From contig CM052817.1 in assembly GCA_028534125.1 (NCBI GenBank), positions 31,994,001 through 32,058,000 on the forward strand: a stretch of 64,000 bases of DNA, read 5' to 3'. The notes below the pieces were generated by a model, which had not been told where the DNA came from, made no database searches, and saw only the letters and a program-made list of their open reading frames with translations. A program made the position numbers and the translations under genes. The DNA is from Lama glama (lineage: Eukaryota). Shown one piece after another: positions 50,200-61,875 of this stretch (its first letter is position 1; every line of letters begins with the position of its first letter).

Positions 50200-52200
50200 A
50201 GTTGTTTCAGTTAGCTACTGCTGCAGAAGATCATCCACAAACTTTGTGGCCTAAAACAACAATCATTTATTATCTCGGTGTTTTTATGCATCAGGAATTA
50301 AGGAAGGATTCAGCTGAGTGATTTGGCTCTAGGTCTCTTGGGTTTGAAGTCAGATGCTGGGTGGAGCTAAGACAGCAGGGAGCTAGGCTGGGGCCTGGCC
50401 AGGGCCTCTCCACTTAGTGTTAGGAACTTGCCATGTCTCCTACGGTTAGTGGTGTGCCCAGAGCCATCAGACTTGTTTACAGGACCACTTAGGGCTCTAG
50501 CATGAGTCCAGCAAGCATGTCAAAAGCTGTATTGCCTTTATAACCTCGCCTCAGAAGTTACGTAGCATCATTTCTTCATAAGCCTACCTATCAAAGGGTG
50601 GGAGTGTAGACGCCCCACCGAGTCACATTTTTAAAAGAACACATGGGATAGAAGACACTGAGCTATCTTTTCAGCCTGCCATTTGACCATAGTGATTGGC
50701 ACCATTCCCATGTGCAAAATAAACTCATACTTTTCCCAGGGCCTCCAGTTTGTAATCCATTATAAGAGCTCTAAGTCTAGGAGTAAATCATCTAACCAGG
50801 TCCAGGTGTGGATGAGATGCTTGGGTGAAGGTCCTTTAGAACCATTCCTCTCAGCCTGAAGACCTATGAATTTAGAAGTAATCATCCCTGTTCATCTCAA
50901 ATTATAATTAGGCAAAACATCACTTCTTTAGAATTTCACATTCAAAAGTGGGGGTGGGGAAAATGAGAGGCATGCAACAGTCACCTGCCCATAGCAATTC
51001 TGAAGTCCAGCCAGCCTCATTCTCTTTGACTAGGAGTGAGGCATAACTCCCCAGGGGTTATTCTCCAGGGCTCTTGGGCCTGCCCTCTGAGTCTTCTTCT
51101 CCCATAAAGGTAGCTCGTGTTTGGCACTCAGTAGTGTTCTCAGCCTGCTTCCTGCCCATAGGAATTAGGGATCCCAAGGCCTCTTTTTAATACAGTCCGT
51201 CTCTAAACTGATAGAATTTTCTAAACCCGTGGAATTTTGTTTGTTTTTTTAAGAACCTGTGGAGTTTTAATGTATCAACTTACAGTCCATTATGCAAAAG
51301 CCTCCCATAAATCTACTAGAAATAGTCTCTTTTCTAAGTTGGGCGTCCTGTAAGGCTGATAAACAACATCCCTAAGATTCTGGGAAGCCTTGGGTAGGGT
51401 CCACAAAGTTATGCCTTTAAGACATGTAGAAGGCCATTTGTGTCTGAAGCGTCCTGAGGCACTCGGGCTTCTGAAGTCCAGAACAAAAAATTCTAGTGCC
51501 CAGCTCTGGATTCGATCTTTGCCTGGAAGCCACTTCTGAATCTGAGAACTTCTTTCCTGGCTTAAAAAGACTCTCCTGAGCTTTTATATTTTCTCCAAAC
51601 CACTTTTGAAAATGGAATAATTTGTTCTTTATAGTATGTTTCTTCTCTCTCATTTTACTTTAGACAGCTAGAAAATGCCAGATGGCACCTTCAACACTGC
51701 CCAGAAATCTTAACTAGATCAAGTTTATGAGGTACATCTTCCATTTTTCCATTTTACCACAGGTAACAGTTTCACTAAACTTTACTGCCCAATCAGGGAG
51801 TCCTCCAGCTTTCAGTAACATTTTCCTCTCTCTCGTTATCCCTCCTTGACTGCCTCCTTGGAAGCTCTTTAGGCTTCTGATAATGCTCTCATCCAGGCCC
51901 TTTAGGTTTTCCCTGACAACCTCCTCAAGGTCCTGCCAACATCCACCTGCCACTTGTTCCCAAAACCAATGCTACACGCTTTAGGCTTTTGTTACGGCAG
52001 CCCCCCACTTCCAGCTACCCGGTGTCTGTATTAAGAGTTTGATGGAAAAATAGAATTGCTCTGAATGACATAGAGTAAGGGATTTATTATAGGGATTCAA
52101 TTTGAGGCAGTTGTGGAATTGATGGCTCAGTGTGCAGGTACTGAAGGTACTGCAGAAATGAAGCCAGGTCACCTGTGAGTGGTAGAGCCTGGATCTCAGC
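50200..52200 (-). mobile_element. MaLR LTR plus internal sequence filling part of the OCIAD1-OCIAD2 gap
   Basis: LTR-like end cagttagctactgctgc...taaaacaacaatcatttattatctc; MLT-internal-like cccaaaaccaatgctacac...ttgttacggcagccccccacttc near 51960-52020. Confidence 0.6.
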
Positions 52201-52914
52201 ACAGGGCCTGATACGGAGCCACTCTTGTTATCAGTTCAAGTGCCTGAATGAAGAAGCAGGTTAATCCTGTTGTCCTCTGAAATGGTCGTCATCATATATA
52301 GGTAGGGAGAGAGAGACATCAGAAATTCTGGAAATTCTGATCTATTCTGGTAAACAAATCAGACATAAAAGGATTTTTCTACTATTTTTAAAATTGTGAA
52401 AAGTGTACTTCATGCAGAATACAGCTTAACTGTAGCAATAACTTTTGAATCCCAGGATCATACAGAAGAAAAATTTAGAAACAAATGGTCACCTTAGCTA
52501 ATAGTGGGTGGAACACTTGAGTAGTGTCTCAAAATTTAAAATAGCTTGATAGAATCCTTTCTTGTCATCTATTTGTATGTAACTTACAACAGGAACACAC
52601 TTCCAAGCATCACTGGAGTGCCACAGAATGCATGGGATTAAAAGAAATCATTTTGATGTTTTCTGGTTGGATAAAGATCATCCTTATTCTCTTTAATGCC
52701 ATTCTCCACTGTTAAGAGCATGTTTACAACGTTGTTTAGAGAAGGTACAAATGTGTGTGTGACAAGGCTTGTTGATTTCAGATATCAAGTTTGTCTCTTC
52801 TTACAGGTACATCCAGCGATAAAGTAGGTAAACGATACATTTTAAATTCCATTAACCAAATGTGAAATAATAGAATCTTTTCCATTTTCTTCATTCTTGA
52901 ACATCAGTCCATGT

Positions 52915-52935
52915 TGTGTGTGTGTGTGTGTGTGT
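52915..52935. repeat. (TG)n microsatellite
   Basis: tgtgtgtgtgtgtgtgtgtgt. Confidence 0.85.
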
Positions 52936-52939
52936 ATAA

Positions 52940-53033
52940 TTTTTTTGTTTAATGGAAATACTGGGAATTGAACCCAGAACCTTAGACATGTTAAGCGTGT
53001 GCTCCACCACTGAGCTATTTCCCACCCCACCCC
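52940..53033 (-). mobile_element. tRNA-derived SINE with adjacent (TG)n
   Basis: ctgggaattgaacccagaacc...ccactgagctat is the reverse complement of the family head. Confidence 0.82.
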
Positions 53034-53892
53034 ACCGAGGTTTTTTTTTTTTTTTTAAATATATCATTAAAGTACTGCTTTTATAAACTTCTGACCACCT
53101 TGGGGATGAATGCTGGTAACCGCTAAATGCTAACAAATTCGGCTCCTTTAACACATCTTCCTGCAAAAACAGACATTCTCCCTCAGATACTTGCTTCCTA
53201 ATATGTACAACAGATAATGCAGAAAAATATTCAAGATTTCTTGGATGATCTTCCAATTTTTTTTTCTTTATTGATTTCCTTTAACAGTAAGATCACTGTG
53301 ATAAACTGCTTCAATGAAAAGCTAATCCACTTAGGAAAATCAAGAGCCCAAACTGTAAGCCCAACTGGAATTTAAAGGACTATGAAGATGTCAGCAGCAA
53401 AAGCAATGTTCCTTTTCAACAATAATGGATTCATCTTTTCCCACTGCCCTGAGGCTGATTTTAACATTGACCTGCTGTGCTTAGCAATGTGAAAATGTTC
53501 TGATCCCTGGGAAATCATTTTCTGGGACGCAGGAAATAAATGTGCCCAATTCTGAATTTTCACCAATAGCTGAGATAACAGAGTCACCAATTGCTAGTTG
53601 TCAGAGCCAGGAGTTAAAGTGCATCCAAGAAGCTAAGATATTGGCTCTGTGTTCTGATTTACAGAAATAGAACGTTATCAATGGAAAAACCGGATTGTGT
53701 AATATAAAAAAAGACCTTGCCAAAGTCACCCCATTTTATACACTTAATGTTCTTGTAAAAATAAAAACTTCCAAATATTTTTGATGTAGAACATAAAATT
53801 TTATCTATCAAGCATTAACCTATGATGAGATTCCCTTTTTTACCTCCATGGTACAGGTTTCAAGATGTATTAAGTAAAATGCAACTGTGAAC

Positions 53893-53935
53893 CCACACCA
53901 CACACACATACACACACACACTATATATATATATA
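53893..53935. repeat. (CA)n(TA)n compound microsatellite
   Basis: cacaccacacacacatacacacacacactatatatatatata. Confidence 0.8.
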
Positions 53936-54269
53936 AATGGTGATACATATGCATATTTTCCTGAGAAAATGCAAAGATATGAGAAGTTTTCATGGAAGGC
54001 TCAGACAACCTGCTGTAAAACAAAAGGTCCCCAGGGGAAGAGTTTGTTTTCATGCAAAAAAACCTGGCAGGAGAATAGGAATTCAATGCTTGAAGTTGGG
54101 TTGGCTAGCCTCTGAGCTCCCTCAAAGCCCTGAAGTTTATCATTCCATGAATTAATTCTGGTGATTCCTCTCAGAAATATGTAAACTGTTTCTCGGGAGA
54201 AGGAGGGACATTTTGGGAAGTTGTGTTTATTCTTTCAGGCCACTAGCAGTATAAAAAAGAACACAGTTA

Positions 54270-54398
54270 TGGGTTTTAATTGGGGGGGGCAGTAATTAGG
54301 TTTATTTATTTAATATTTTTTAACGGAGGTACTGGGGATTGAACCCAGGACCTCATGCATGCTAGACATACACTCTACCACTGAGCTATACTCTCCTC
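54270..54398 (-). mobile_element. tRNA-derived SINE downstream of the OCIAD2 stop
   Basis: gtaattaggtttatttattt...ggtactggggattgaacccaggacctcatgcatgc...ctgagctatac. Confidence 0.88.
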
Positions 54399-55072
54399 AC
54401 TAAGGACCCAGCTCTTGAGTGCTGACCATCAGTACTACGCATTAGCTAAGTAAGTAACCCAAAGACAACAGACTTTTCCAAAACCTTACCATACCGATGA
54501 GACATAAAGTCACTTAGGTCACCAAAAGGACAGCTGATTCATATTGTGACTCTACCAAATGAAATGTTTTTCATTAAGTTAAAAAATCTTGGCCCCCTAT
54601 ATTTTAAAAAGGACTTCCCATAGACACAATCTTTCTTGCCCTGTATTTCTATCTGTACAAACTGGTTTTCTCTGGGGCAGGACTTTTCAAATTTCTCAAC
54701 TCATTCCTGTCCTCTGTTAGAGATCTTAAAAGCCTGAACAAAAGCAGAGTCAGAGAATGGATGCGGTCGAATCAGAGACATCTCTAAATTCTTTTAATTA
54801 GCTGTAAGCAAGTGAGAATGTGGCATTCTTTCTTTTAGAGTGCTACGTTCTTTCTTTTGGTGTATGAATGCTCCCAACATGATCTTAAGCAGCAGAAAAA
54901 CATGTAGTTCTCAAGTCAATTGAGAATTAACACTGAAAACATTTCAATAGAGTGAGAAAAATCACAATGTATCTATTCCACTATAAGTATGTTATTTTAA
55001 AGCACACTTGAAAATTTAAATGTGTACAAATTCAGAGGTTTTTAGAAACTTCAAAAGCCACAGTCACAGAGT

Positions 55073-55154
55073 TTAGGAAGCCGAAGGTTGTGAACGTCCC
55101 TCCTCACTTAACCCATGCTTTATTTTGCATTCCTCACAGGTAAGAAGGCAGTGC
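55073..55154 (-). CDS. OCIAD2: OCIAD2 terminal coding exon
   Basis: Minus strand ctgttctag|G CAC TGC...GCT TCC TAA; (R)HCLLTCEECKIKHGLSEEGRSQPSAS*. Confidence 0.95.
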
Positions 55155-55239
55155 CTAGAACAGAAGCAAAAATGGTGGTTTGCACTTTGACATTGGAAGC
55201 TCTAGTCTGAACACAATATTATTTAGAGGTATTTTCTTT

Positions 55240-55363
55240 CTTCTCCTTCTTCTTCTTCTTGTTTTTTTTTTTTTTTTTTTGTCACCAGAGGTGCTGGGGA
55301 TTGAATCCACGACCTCTTGCACGATAAGCATGTGCTTTACCACTGAGCTACACCCTCCACCCC
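55240..55363 (-). mobile_element. tRNA-derived SINE in the last OCIAD2 intron
   Basis: T-run then gaggtgctggggattgaatcc...ctgagctacaccctcc; tattttct repeated on both flanks. Confidence 0.85.
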
Positions 55364-56189
55364 CTCGGGATATTTTCTAACCTAAAGTTCTCAAGCCTAA
55401 TTTTTTTCAGGAATAATAGGAGTTGTTTCTTGGTTTCAGACTTCTTGAATTTCATCCACAGAAAGGCTAATAGTGCTCTTTCTGTCCCATGTTGTTTTCA
55501 CCATGTCGTACTGACTCTCAAACATAGTCCACTGTGACAAGTGAGGGATCTTTACAGAAATGTGTCCCCAGCACTAGTTCTGTAATACCACGGTAGAAAT
55601 AGCTATTATTTACTGAGCACTGACTGTCATAAACAATCATTTCTATTCCTTATAATATCCCATGAAAACAATTCTGATCACCATTTTACACAGATGGGAA
55701 AACTGAAGATTTGAGAGTTTAAGAAACTTGTCCATGGTCACACAAGTGCTAGAACTGCTTTTGAATCCAGGGACTCTAACAGCAGAGGTAATGCTGCTAA
55801 TTCCAGAGTCTTACTGCTTGCACCCCTAATGAGAATCACAATTTACATTAATATAGTAAAGGCTCTGAGAAGTCCTGCAGTAAAGAACCCTGTTTAAATT
55901 TATATAATCCCGTGATGGTAGAAGCTGTGTCTGCTGACTAAGGCATTCTATAGACTTGCACAATGCCTTGAACATAGTAGGTACTCACTAAATGTTAACT
56001 AAGCAAATGAAATAAGTAATTCAGTTAAATCATAAATAATTATTATTGAGGTTCAACAGCAACAACTCAAACTTTGAGTCTTTTTTCAACATATGAATAT
56101 TACAAACTGTTTAATATTATAAATAGTAAATGATCTTTCATTTGCTTTTCAATAATTATCTTTAACAATCCCTCAAACAGAGTACCAAC

Positions 56190-56307
56190 CTGTTATGCCC
56201 TGGACCAAAACCAGCCCCACGCAGCTGATCTTCAAAGACATGGAATTTACTCTGGCATACTCTTATGTATGATGCCTTTCCAAGGCCAAATCCCAAGATA
56301 CCAGCAA
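56190..56307 (-). CDS. OCIAD2: OCIAD2 internal coding exon (118 nt)
   Basis: Minus strand gcttttacag|TT...AAC AG|gttggt; (L)AGILGFGLGKASYIRVCQSKFHVFEDQLRGAGFGPGHN. Confidence 0.95.
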
Positions 56308-56350
56308 CTGTAAAAGCAGGTCAGGAAAGATAAATAATTTAAAGGTTTGG

Positions 56351-56465
56351 GAAAAAAATGTGACAATGAATATATGTATGTTTATGTATAACTGAAAAAT
56401 TGTGCTCTACACTGGAATTTGACACAACACTGTAAAATGACTGTAACTCAATAAAAAGATGTTAA
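56351..56465 (+). mobile_element. Young L1 3' stub
   Basis: Artiodactyl-type L1 3' terminus (...gacacaacactgtaaaatgactgtaactcaataaaaa); exact 19-bp TSD aaataatttaaaggtttgg at 56332-56350 and 56466-56484. Confidence 0.88.
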
Positions 56466-57415
56466 AAATAATTTAAAGGTTTGGAATTGCCTCCATTAAT
56501 TACCTTCTGGAACTTTCTTTATTAAAAGTGGTAATTTTTATATCAGAAGTACCTTGATAAATCAATGAACAAAAACTATGGGAAAGAAGCTATTAAGGAG
56601 CAAGCTTGGGAATTGCAGACTTTTTGCTGTCCTGAGTTTTGAACTGGAGGTAGGAGGGCCAGGACAGAGCAAGTAAAGGTGATGTCCCAGAGACGGGCAG
56701 CCAGAGGGAGGCCCACTGGCCAACAAATCTCTGAGGCCACCATGGGAGGGAGAGGTGGGACGTGGGTTGTGGCTATAGGCAGCCTCCAAACCACTGGGTG
56801 GGAGAGCCTCTTAATTCTCTGGATTGGCGTATGGGGAGCTGCAGTCCCTCTTGCCTGTAGGGGACAGAGGTCTCAAGGCAGAGGGAACCACCTACAGGAG
56901 AAATCTCTAGCCTGCTCTTCCTGCTGGGAATGAAGTTTCAGATTATAAACGGGAAAGCATCCTCTGTGTACATGCGAGGTCTGTTATAATCAGTGGAAGA
57001 AGATGAAACTTTCAAGTTTATGGTAAATGTTTAATAGAAAGCCCTCATTAAAAAAAATCATTCATTTGTTATGTCCATTACAGAAAATAATTCAAAAAGA
57101 CTGACCAAAAGAAGAAAATGAAAATCTCTGCTAGAGCTGTCATTCCGAGGCTCTGCTGCTGAGGTCCTCTCGTATACCCTGCCAGGCCCTCCTAGTCCAT
57201 GCTTTAAAGAGGACTAGGGTGACGTCCCTACTGCTCAACTTTCTATCAGAAAGTGCTGAATGTACTAAAAATTGCAAAGTGGCAAAAAATGGAAACCGAT
57301 TTTTCAGAGAGTCAACACATGCAATTTGGCTAACCTGGACATTCCCGCTCCAGTTGCCACACAAATCTTTTTAAAAAAAGTGAATCTTTTTTTTTTTTTA
57401 ACTTCTATGACTTAC

Positions 57416-57463
57416 GTGCGACTTTAGGCAATGATCCAAATCTTGGATTAGCTGCTAAATAAC
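57416..57463 (-). CDS. OCIAD2: OCIAD2 internal coding exon (48 nt)
   Basis: Minus strand ttcttag|GT...GCA C|gtaagt; (G)YLAANPRFGSLPKVA. Confidence 0.95.
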
Positions 57464-57685
57464 CTAAGAAATAATAAATAAGTACATTATTATTTCATTT
57501 TATAACTTAATGAAATTTATAAAGAAACTTATTTAAAGGTATCAGGGCCAAGGTGAAGATAATAACTTAGCTCCAAACAATTAGTTATTGCCCCCTTCCC
57601 CTTTTAAAGTAACAACACAGAATCTCAATTTAGAGAGTCACAGTATATATAATCACAATTCTAAAATGAAAACATTAACACCTCT

Positions 57686-58340
57686 AGTGGGCAGAATAAT
57701 GGCCTCCTAAAGATGCCTCCATCCCAACCCTTGGAAACTGAGTATGTCACGTCACACAACAAAAGAGAATTAGGGTAGAAAATGGAACTAAGGCTGCTAA
57801 CCAGATGACTAACTACTGTATATAAAAATAGATAAAAAACAGATTCCTTCTGTATGACACAGGGAACTGTATTCAATATCTTGTAATAACCTTTAATGAA
57901 AAAGAATATGAAAACAAACGTATGTATATGCATGTATGACTCGGACATTCTGCTGTACACCAGAAACTGACACATTGTAACTGACTATACTGTAATAAAA
58001 ATAGTAATAAAATAAAATAGCGAGATTATCCTGGATTATTTGGGTGGGGCCAATGTAGCCACAATGACCCTTGAATGTAAAAGGATTTGGAGACAGAACC
58101 AGACAAATGGCAGTATAACTTGGCTCAAGTTGCTGGCTTTGCAGACAGAGGAAGGGGCCATGGGCCAAGGAAGGGAAAGGAAGCCCTCGAGCCCCCAGAG
58201 AGGAATGCAGCCCTGCGGACACTTTGATTTCAGCTCAGCGAAACCCCTTGTGGACTTCAGACCTCTAGGACAGTAAGCTAATAAATTTATATTGTTTTAA
58301 GCCACTACGTTTGTAGAAATCTGTAGAAGACTAATACACA
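57686..58340 (+). mobile_element. MaLR solo LTR (MLT1-type) interrupted by L1
   Basis: gggcagaataatggcc...gagattatcctggattat...ttgttttaagccact...ctaataca terminus. Confidence 0.75.
57811..58018 (+). mobile_element. L1 3' fragment nested in a MaLR LTR
   Basis: aactactgtatataaaatagata...cacagggaactgtattcaatatcttgtaataacc...gctgtacaccagaaactgacaca plus an A-rich tail. Confidence 0.82.
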
Positions 58341-58681
58341 ACCTGGAAAAATGTATTCGCACAGATGCAAGAGATGGTAGATTTTGAGTAATTTAATATT
58401 TGTAAAATATAACCCCTTTAGGTTATAGATAGCATATTTTTTCTGTGTCAAGTACATTCTGACAAAGGCTTATTACTGACTGACAAATAAATTTCCACAA
58501 AAAGACTATCTTCAAGTTATCGAAATGAAATCATATTTAATAAATCAACTTTAAGGACAAGAATAATTTGACTGAAATGAGGTTCTAGCTATATAACATA
58601 CGTGGGCTTTGAGATCCAAAAAAGAACTAAATATCTTCATGTTTGCTTGGTACAAATACTCTTTAAAATTCTAATAATCAG

Positions 58682-58915
58682 TGGAGGAGGGTATAGCTCA
58701 GTGGTAGAGTATGCACTTAGCATGCATGAGGTCCCAGGTTCAATCCTCAGAACCTCCATTAAAATAAATAAGTAAAACCTAATTATCTTCCCCTCAAAAA
58801 GCCAAACATAAATAAATAAAAAACAAAAATTAAAAAAAACCCGAGATCATTTCCATTTAAAGAATAAATAAACCTCATTACCTCCTCTCCACACACACAT
58901 ATACACAAAAATGTA
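58682..58915 (+). mobile_element. tRNA-derived SINE with duplicated 3' module
   Basis: GGAGGGTATAGCTCAGTGGTAGAG...GGTTCAATCC; the tail motif occurs twice; flanks ctaataatcag / ctagtaatcag. Confidence 0.85.
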
Positions 58916-59316
58916 GTTTAAAAATAGTCCTAGTAATCAGCAGTGTTCAACGTAACAGCCTTCAACAGGATCAGGTGCCTTGTCGAGAGACTCAGCAGTG
59001 CCTGTGCACTCTCTGGTTAGATGCAGTCTGGTTAGACGGAGTCAGAGAGAAAGAAGAGAGCAAGGAAGGAAGAACAGAGGGGAGCACTGGAAAACGCTAA
59101 GGCAGGGAGAGGTCATGTGGGAGATGCAGGGAGGCGGCCAGTCCCCATGATCTATTGCACACGTTAGACAGGACGCCCTTCCTGATGCAGCCTCTCATCA
59201 GGACAAGCGGCTTGAAGGACAGAGCTTGGGGGGATTCAGCCCCGCTCACCTCTTCCCGGGAGCACCCTTGTGCAGGGAACAATCTAACCATAACAGGGAC
59301 TCTGGTACAGAGAGTC

Positions 59317-59945
59317 TTGTACTCCTTTCCTGTGGCTGTTCTAACAAATTACCACAATGGTTTACAACAACACAAATCCAACACATTACATTACAGTTCT
59401 GGAGGCCAGAAGCTCAAAATGGGTCTCACAGGGTGCTCTAGTCCATTTGAGCTGCTGTAACATGTGGGGCCTCTTCTATAAGAGCACTAACCCCATTCAT
59501 GTGGGCTCCACCCTCAAGCCCTGATCACCTCCAAAGGCCCCACCTCCTAATACCATCACCCGGGGCTTTGGAATTCCAATATGTGAATCTGGGGGGACAC
59601 AAACATTCAGACCATAGCACAGGACTAAATCAAAGTGTCGAAAGATCTGCCTGGAGGCTCTAGGGTTTCTTGCCTTTCCAGCTTCTAGAAGCCACTCATT
59701 CCTTGACTTATGACCCCTTTCTCCATCTTCAGAGTCAGTAAGGTTGAGCTGAGTCTTTCTCATTCTGCCATCTCTCTGGTTCTGTCTTCTGATCCACTCT
59801 CATTGTTAAGGACCCTTTTGATTATATTGAGACCATCTGTATAATCCAGAATAATCTCCCTATTTTAAGGTCAGCTGATTAGCAACCTTAATTCCATTTG
59901 CAAATTTAATTTCCCTTTGCTACATAACCTAACATAATCGCCCAT
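59317..59945 (-). mobile_element. MaLR LTR (MLT1-type) with a nested, internally deleted MaLR LTR at 59434-59619
   Basis: Outer: tttcctgtggctgttctaacaaattaccac...ataatccagaataatctccc; inner: TG...cattcagaccatagCA with 5-bp flanks caggg/cagga. Confidence 0.72.
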
Positions 59946-60116
59946 TCTGCAGAACAGGAGGAGGGGAAGAGGGGGACGTAGGCTAGAAGAAGGCAAAAGC
60001 CTGCATGAATAAATCCTTCACCAAAAAAATAAACGCCAAGAACCAAAGATTGCCGGAAGGGCCAGTGAAAACTAGATTCTCTTAAGTTAAATTATGTAAC
60101 AAATACTGAATTTTAC

Positions 60117-60170
60117 CTTGGTGGACCAGTCCTTGGGTGACAAGCATGCTTACGAGAGAAAAAGGCAGAG
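60117..60170 (-). CDS. OCIAD2: OCIAD2 internal coding exon (54 nt)
   Basis: Minus strand tgttttacag|CT...CAA G|gtaaaa; (A)LPFSLVSMLVTQGLVHQ. Confidence 0.95.
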
Positions 60171-60910
60171 CTGTAAAACAAAAACGCCCTTCAATATTGC
60201 TGTTTTAAAACTTGGCACCTCACCTAGAAGTCAGGGGAAATGACTCTGAGTGTTTTCTCAGCCTACCTTGGCAGTGGGAGTTTAGTCATTTGTTACTATT
60301 CAACAAATATTTGTTGAGCACAGCATGGAGAATTTTCCTGGGGTCTGCCCCAGGCACTCAGCCTGACACAGCAGTAATGTGACCAAACCTGAACTCCGCG
60401 CAACTCCATCTCCGACACCCACCACGCATCTGGTCCTGATCACTGCATACAACGTGGGCCTCTTTATGTGTGTGGACTTTGCTGTTGAATTTGGGAGTTG
60501 CTGCTAGCTATATACTTTGAAATTTTCAGTCCTACATAAAAGTTTTATTAAAAAGTACAATAAATTGCATACCCTATCTAGGATAATTCTCTGCTTTTGT
60601 CTTTTATGACGTTTTGTGACACAATTTGGGTAAGTCTATTTTCTGAAGATTACTACATTCACACGGGCAATGTTTAGCAATGATTTTTAAAAACAGGCAA
60701 GTTCCTCTGACAAAGGCACTTTCTAGTTCTGTCAAAATGCGTCAAACGACTTCTTCCCAAAGCAAAGAGCAGTGATAAACATCTAGCTCCTCTTGGCAAC
60801 CATGACAAATCAAATAGAATCAATTCCTCCTCTCAGATCCACCTGATGAGAGAGGCAAGTGGGTCACACTAAAATGTTAAACTACTAGGGCTTAATTAAA
60901 TTACTCACCC

Positions 60911-61048
60911 AGGGGGAGGGGATAGCTCAAGTGATAGAGTGCATGCTTAGCATGCATGAGGTCCTGGGTTCAATCCCCAGTACCTCCATTAAAAAAGCAA
61001 TTAAACAAATAAATCTAATGACCTCCCCCCATCAAAAAAAAAAAAAAC
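60911..61048 (+). mobile_element. tRNA-derived SINE
   Basis: GGGGGAGGGGATAGCTCAAGTGATAGAG...GGTTCAATCCCCAGTACCTCC, A-tail; flanks taaattactcac / taaattacttac. Confidence 0.9.
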
Positions 61049-61875
61049 TAAATTACTTACTCATAGGTTGCCAAAAAAGACTTCCCAGCAGCACGATCTA
61101 TAACCACTAGTACATAGTGTATATCAACTTCTAAAAAGTGTTACTTCCAAAAACAATTGATACTGGATTTGAATGATTTACAAAATCAAAACGAGTACTT
61201 CAAAGTATAAATTATGTCTATGCCAGCACTATTGCAAAGTACTGGAACTGTATCTACAGGCCCTATTATGACATTTTCAAATGCCAAATCATGAATTTTT
61301 TTAATTGGAAGAGACCTTAATGCAATGCCTGAATTCACACCCTTCTCTTATACAAAGCAGGCCCCGAAAGAGGAAAAGATTCAGCAGAAAAGATTATAAA
61401 AGACACTGTAAGAGAAATATTAATAGAATGCTGCCACTTTTCATTCATTCCACAAATATTTGATAAGGTCTTTTTATATGTAAAGCACTGTGCTTGGCTC
61501 TGAGAGGGAGCGATGAACTTGACATCATTTCTAAACTTAATGAAGGTTAGAGCCTAGTGGAATTCAGGAAGCTCTACTTTTAAGAAATTTTAAATAACAC
61601 TCGTGGTACACATTCTTGGTCACACGAAGGAAAGTGTCACATGTGCATCACTTTTTGGTAAGGGATGTAAACTGCTCCTAAATCAGATATTATCCCTGCC
61701 CTTAAAAGGGTCTCAGCATGGATTCAAATTCCAAACAGCCTCAGATATGAATCTTCTTCAAGGAATTATGCAAAGTCCCTGTACAAAAATAAATTATTTC
61801 CATAATTCTAATATGATACGTAGGCAGTTTATTGCAGCAAATAGTGTTAACAAACATTAAGAGGGGTACAATTAC

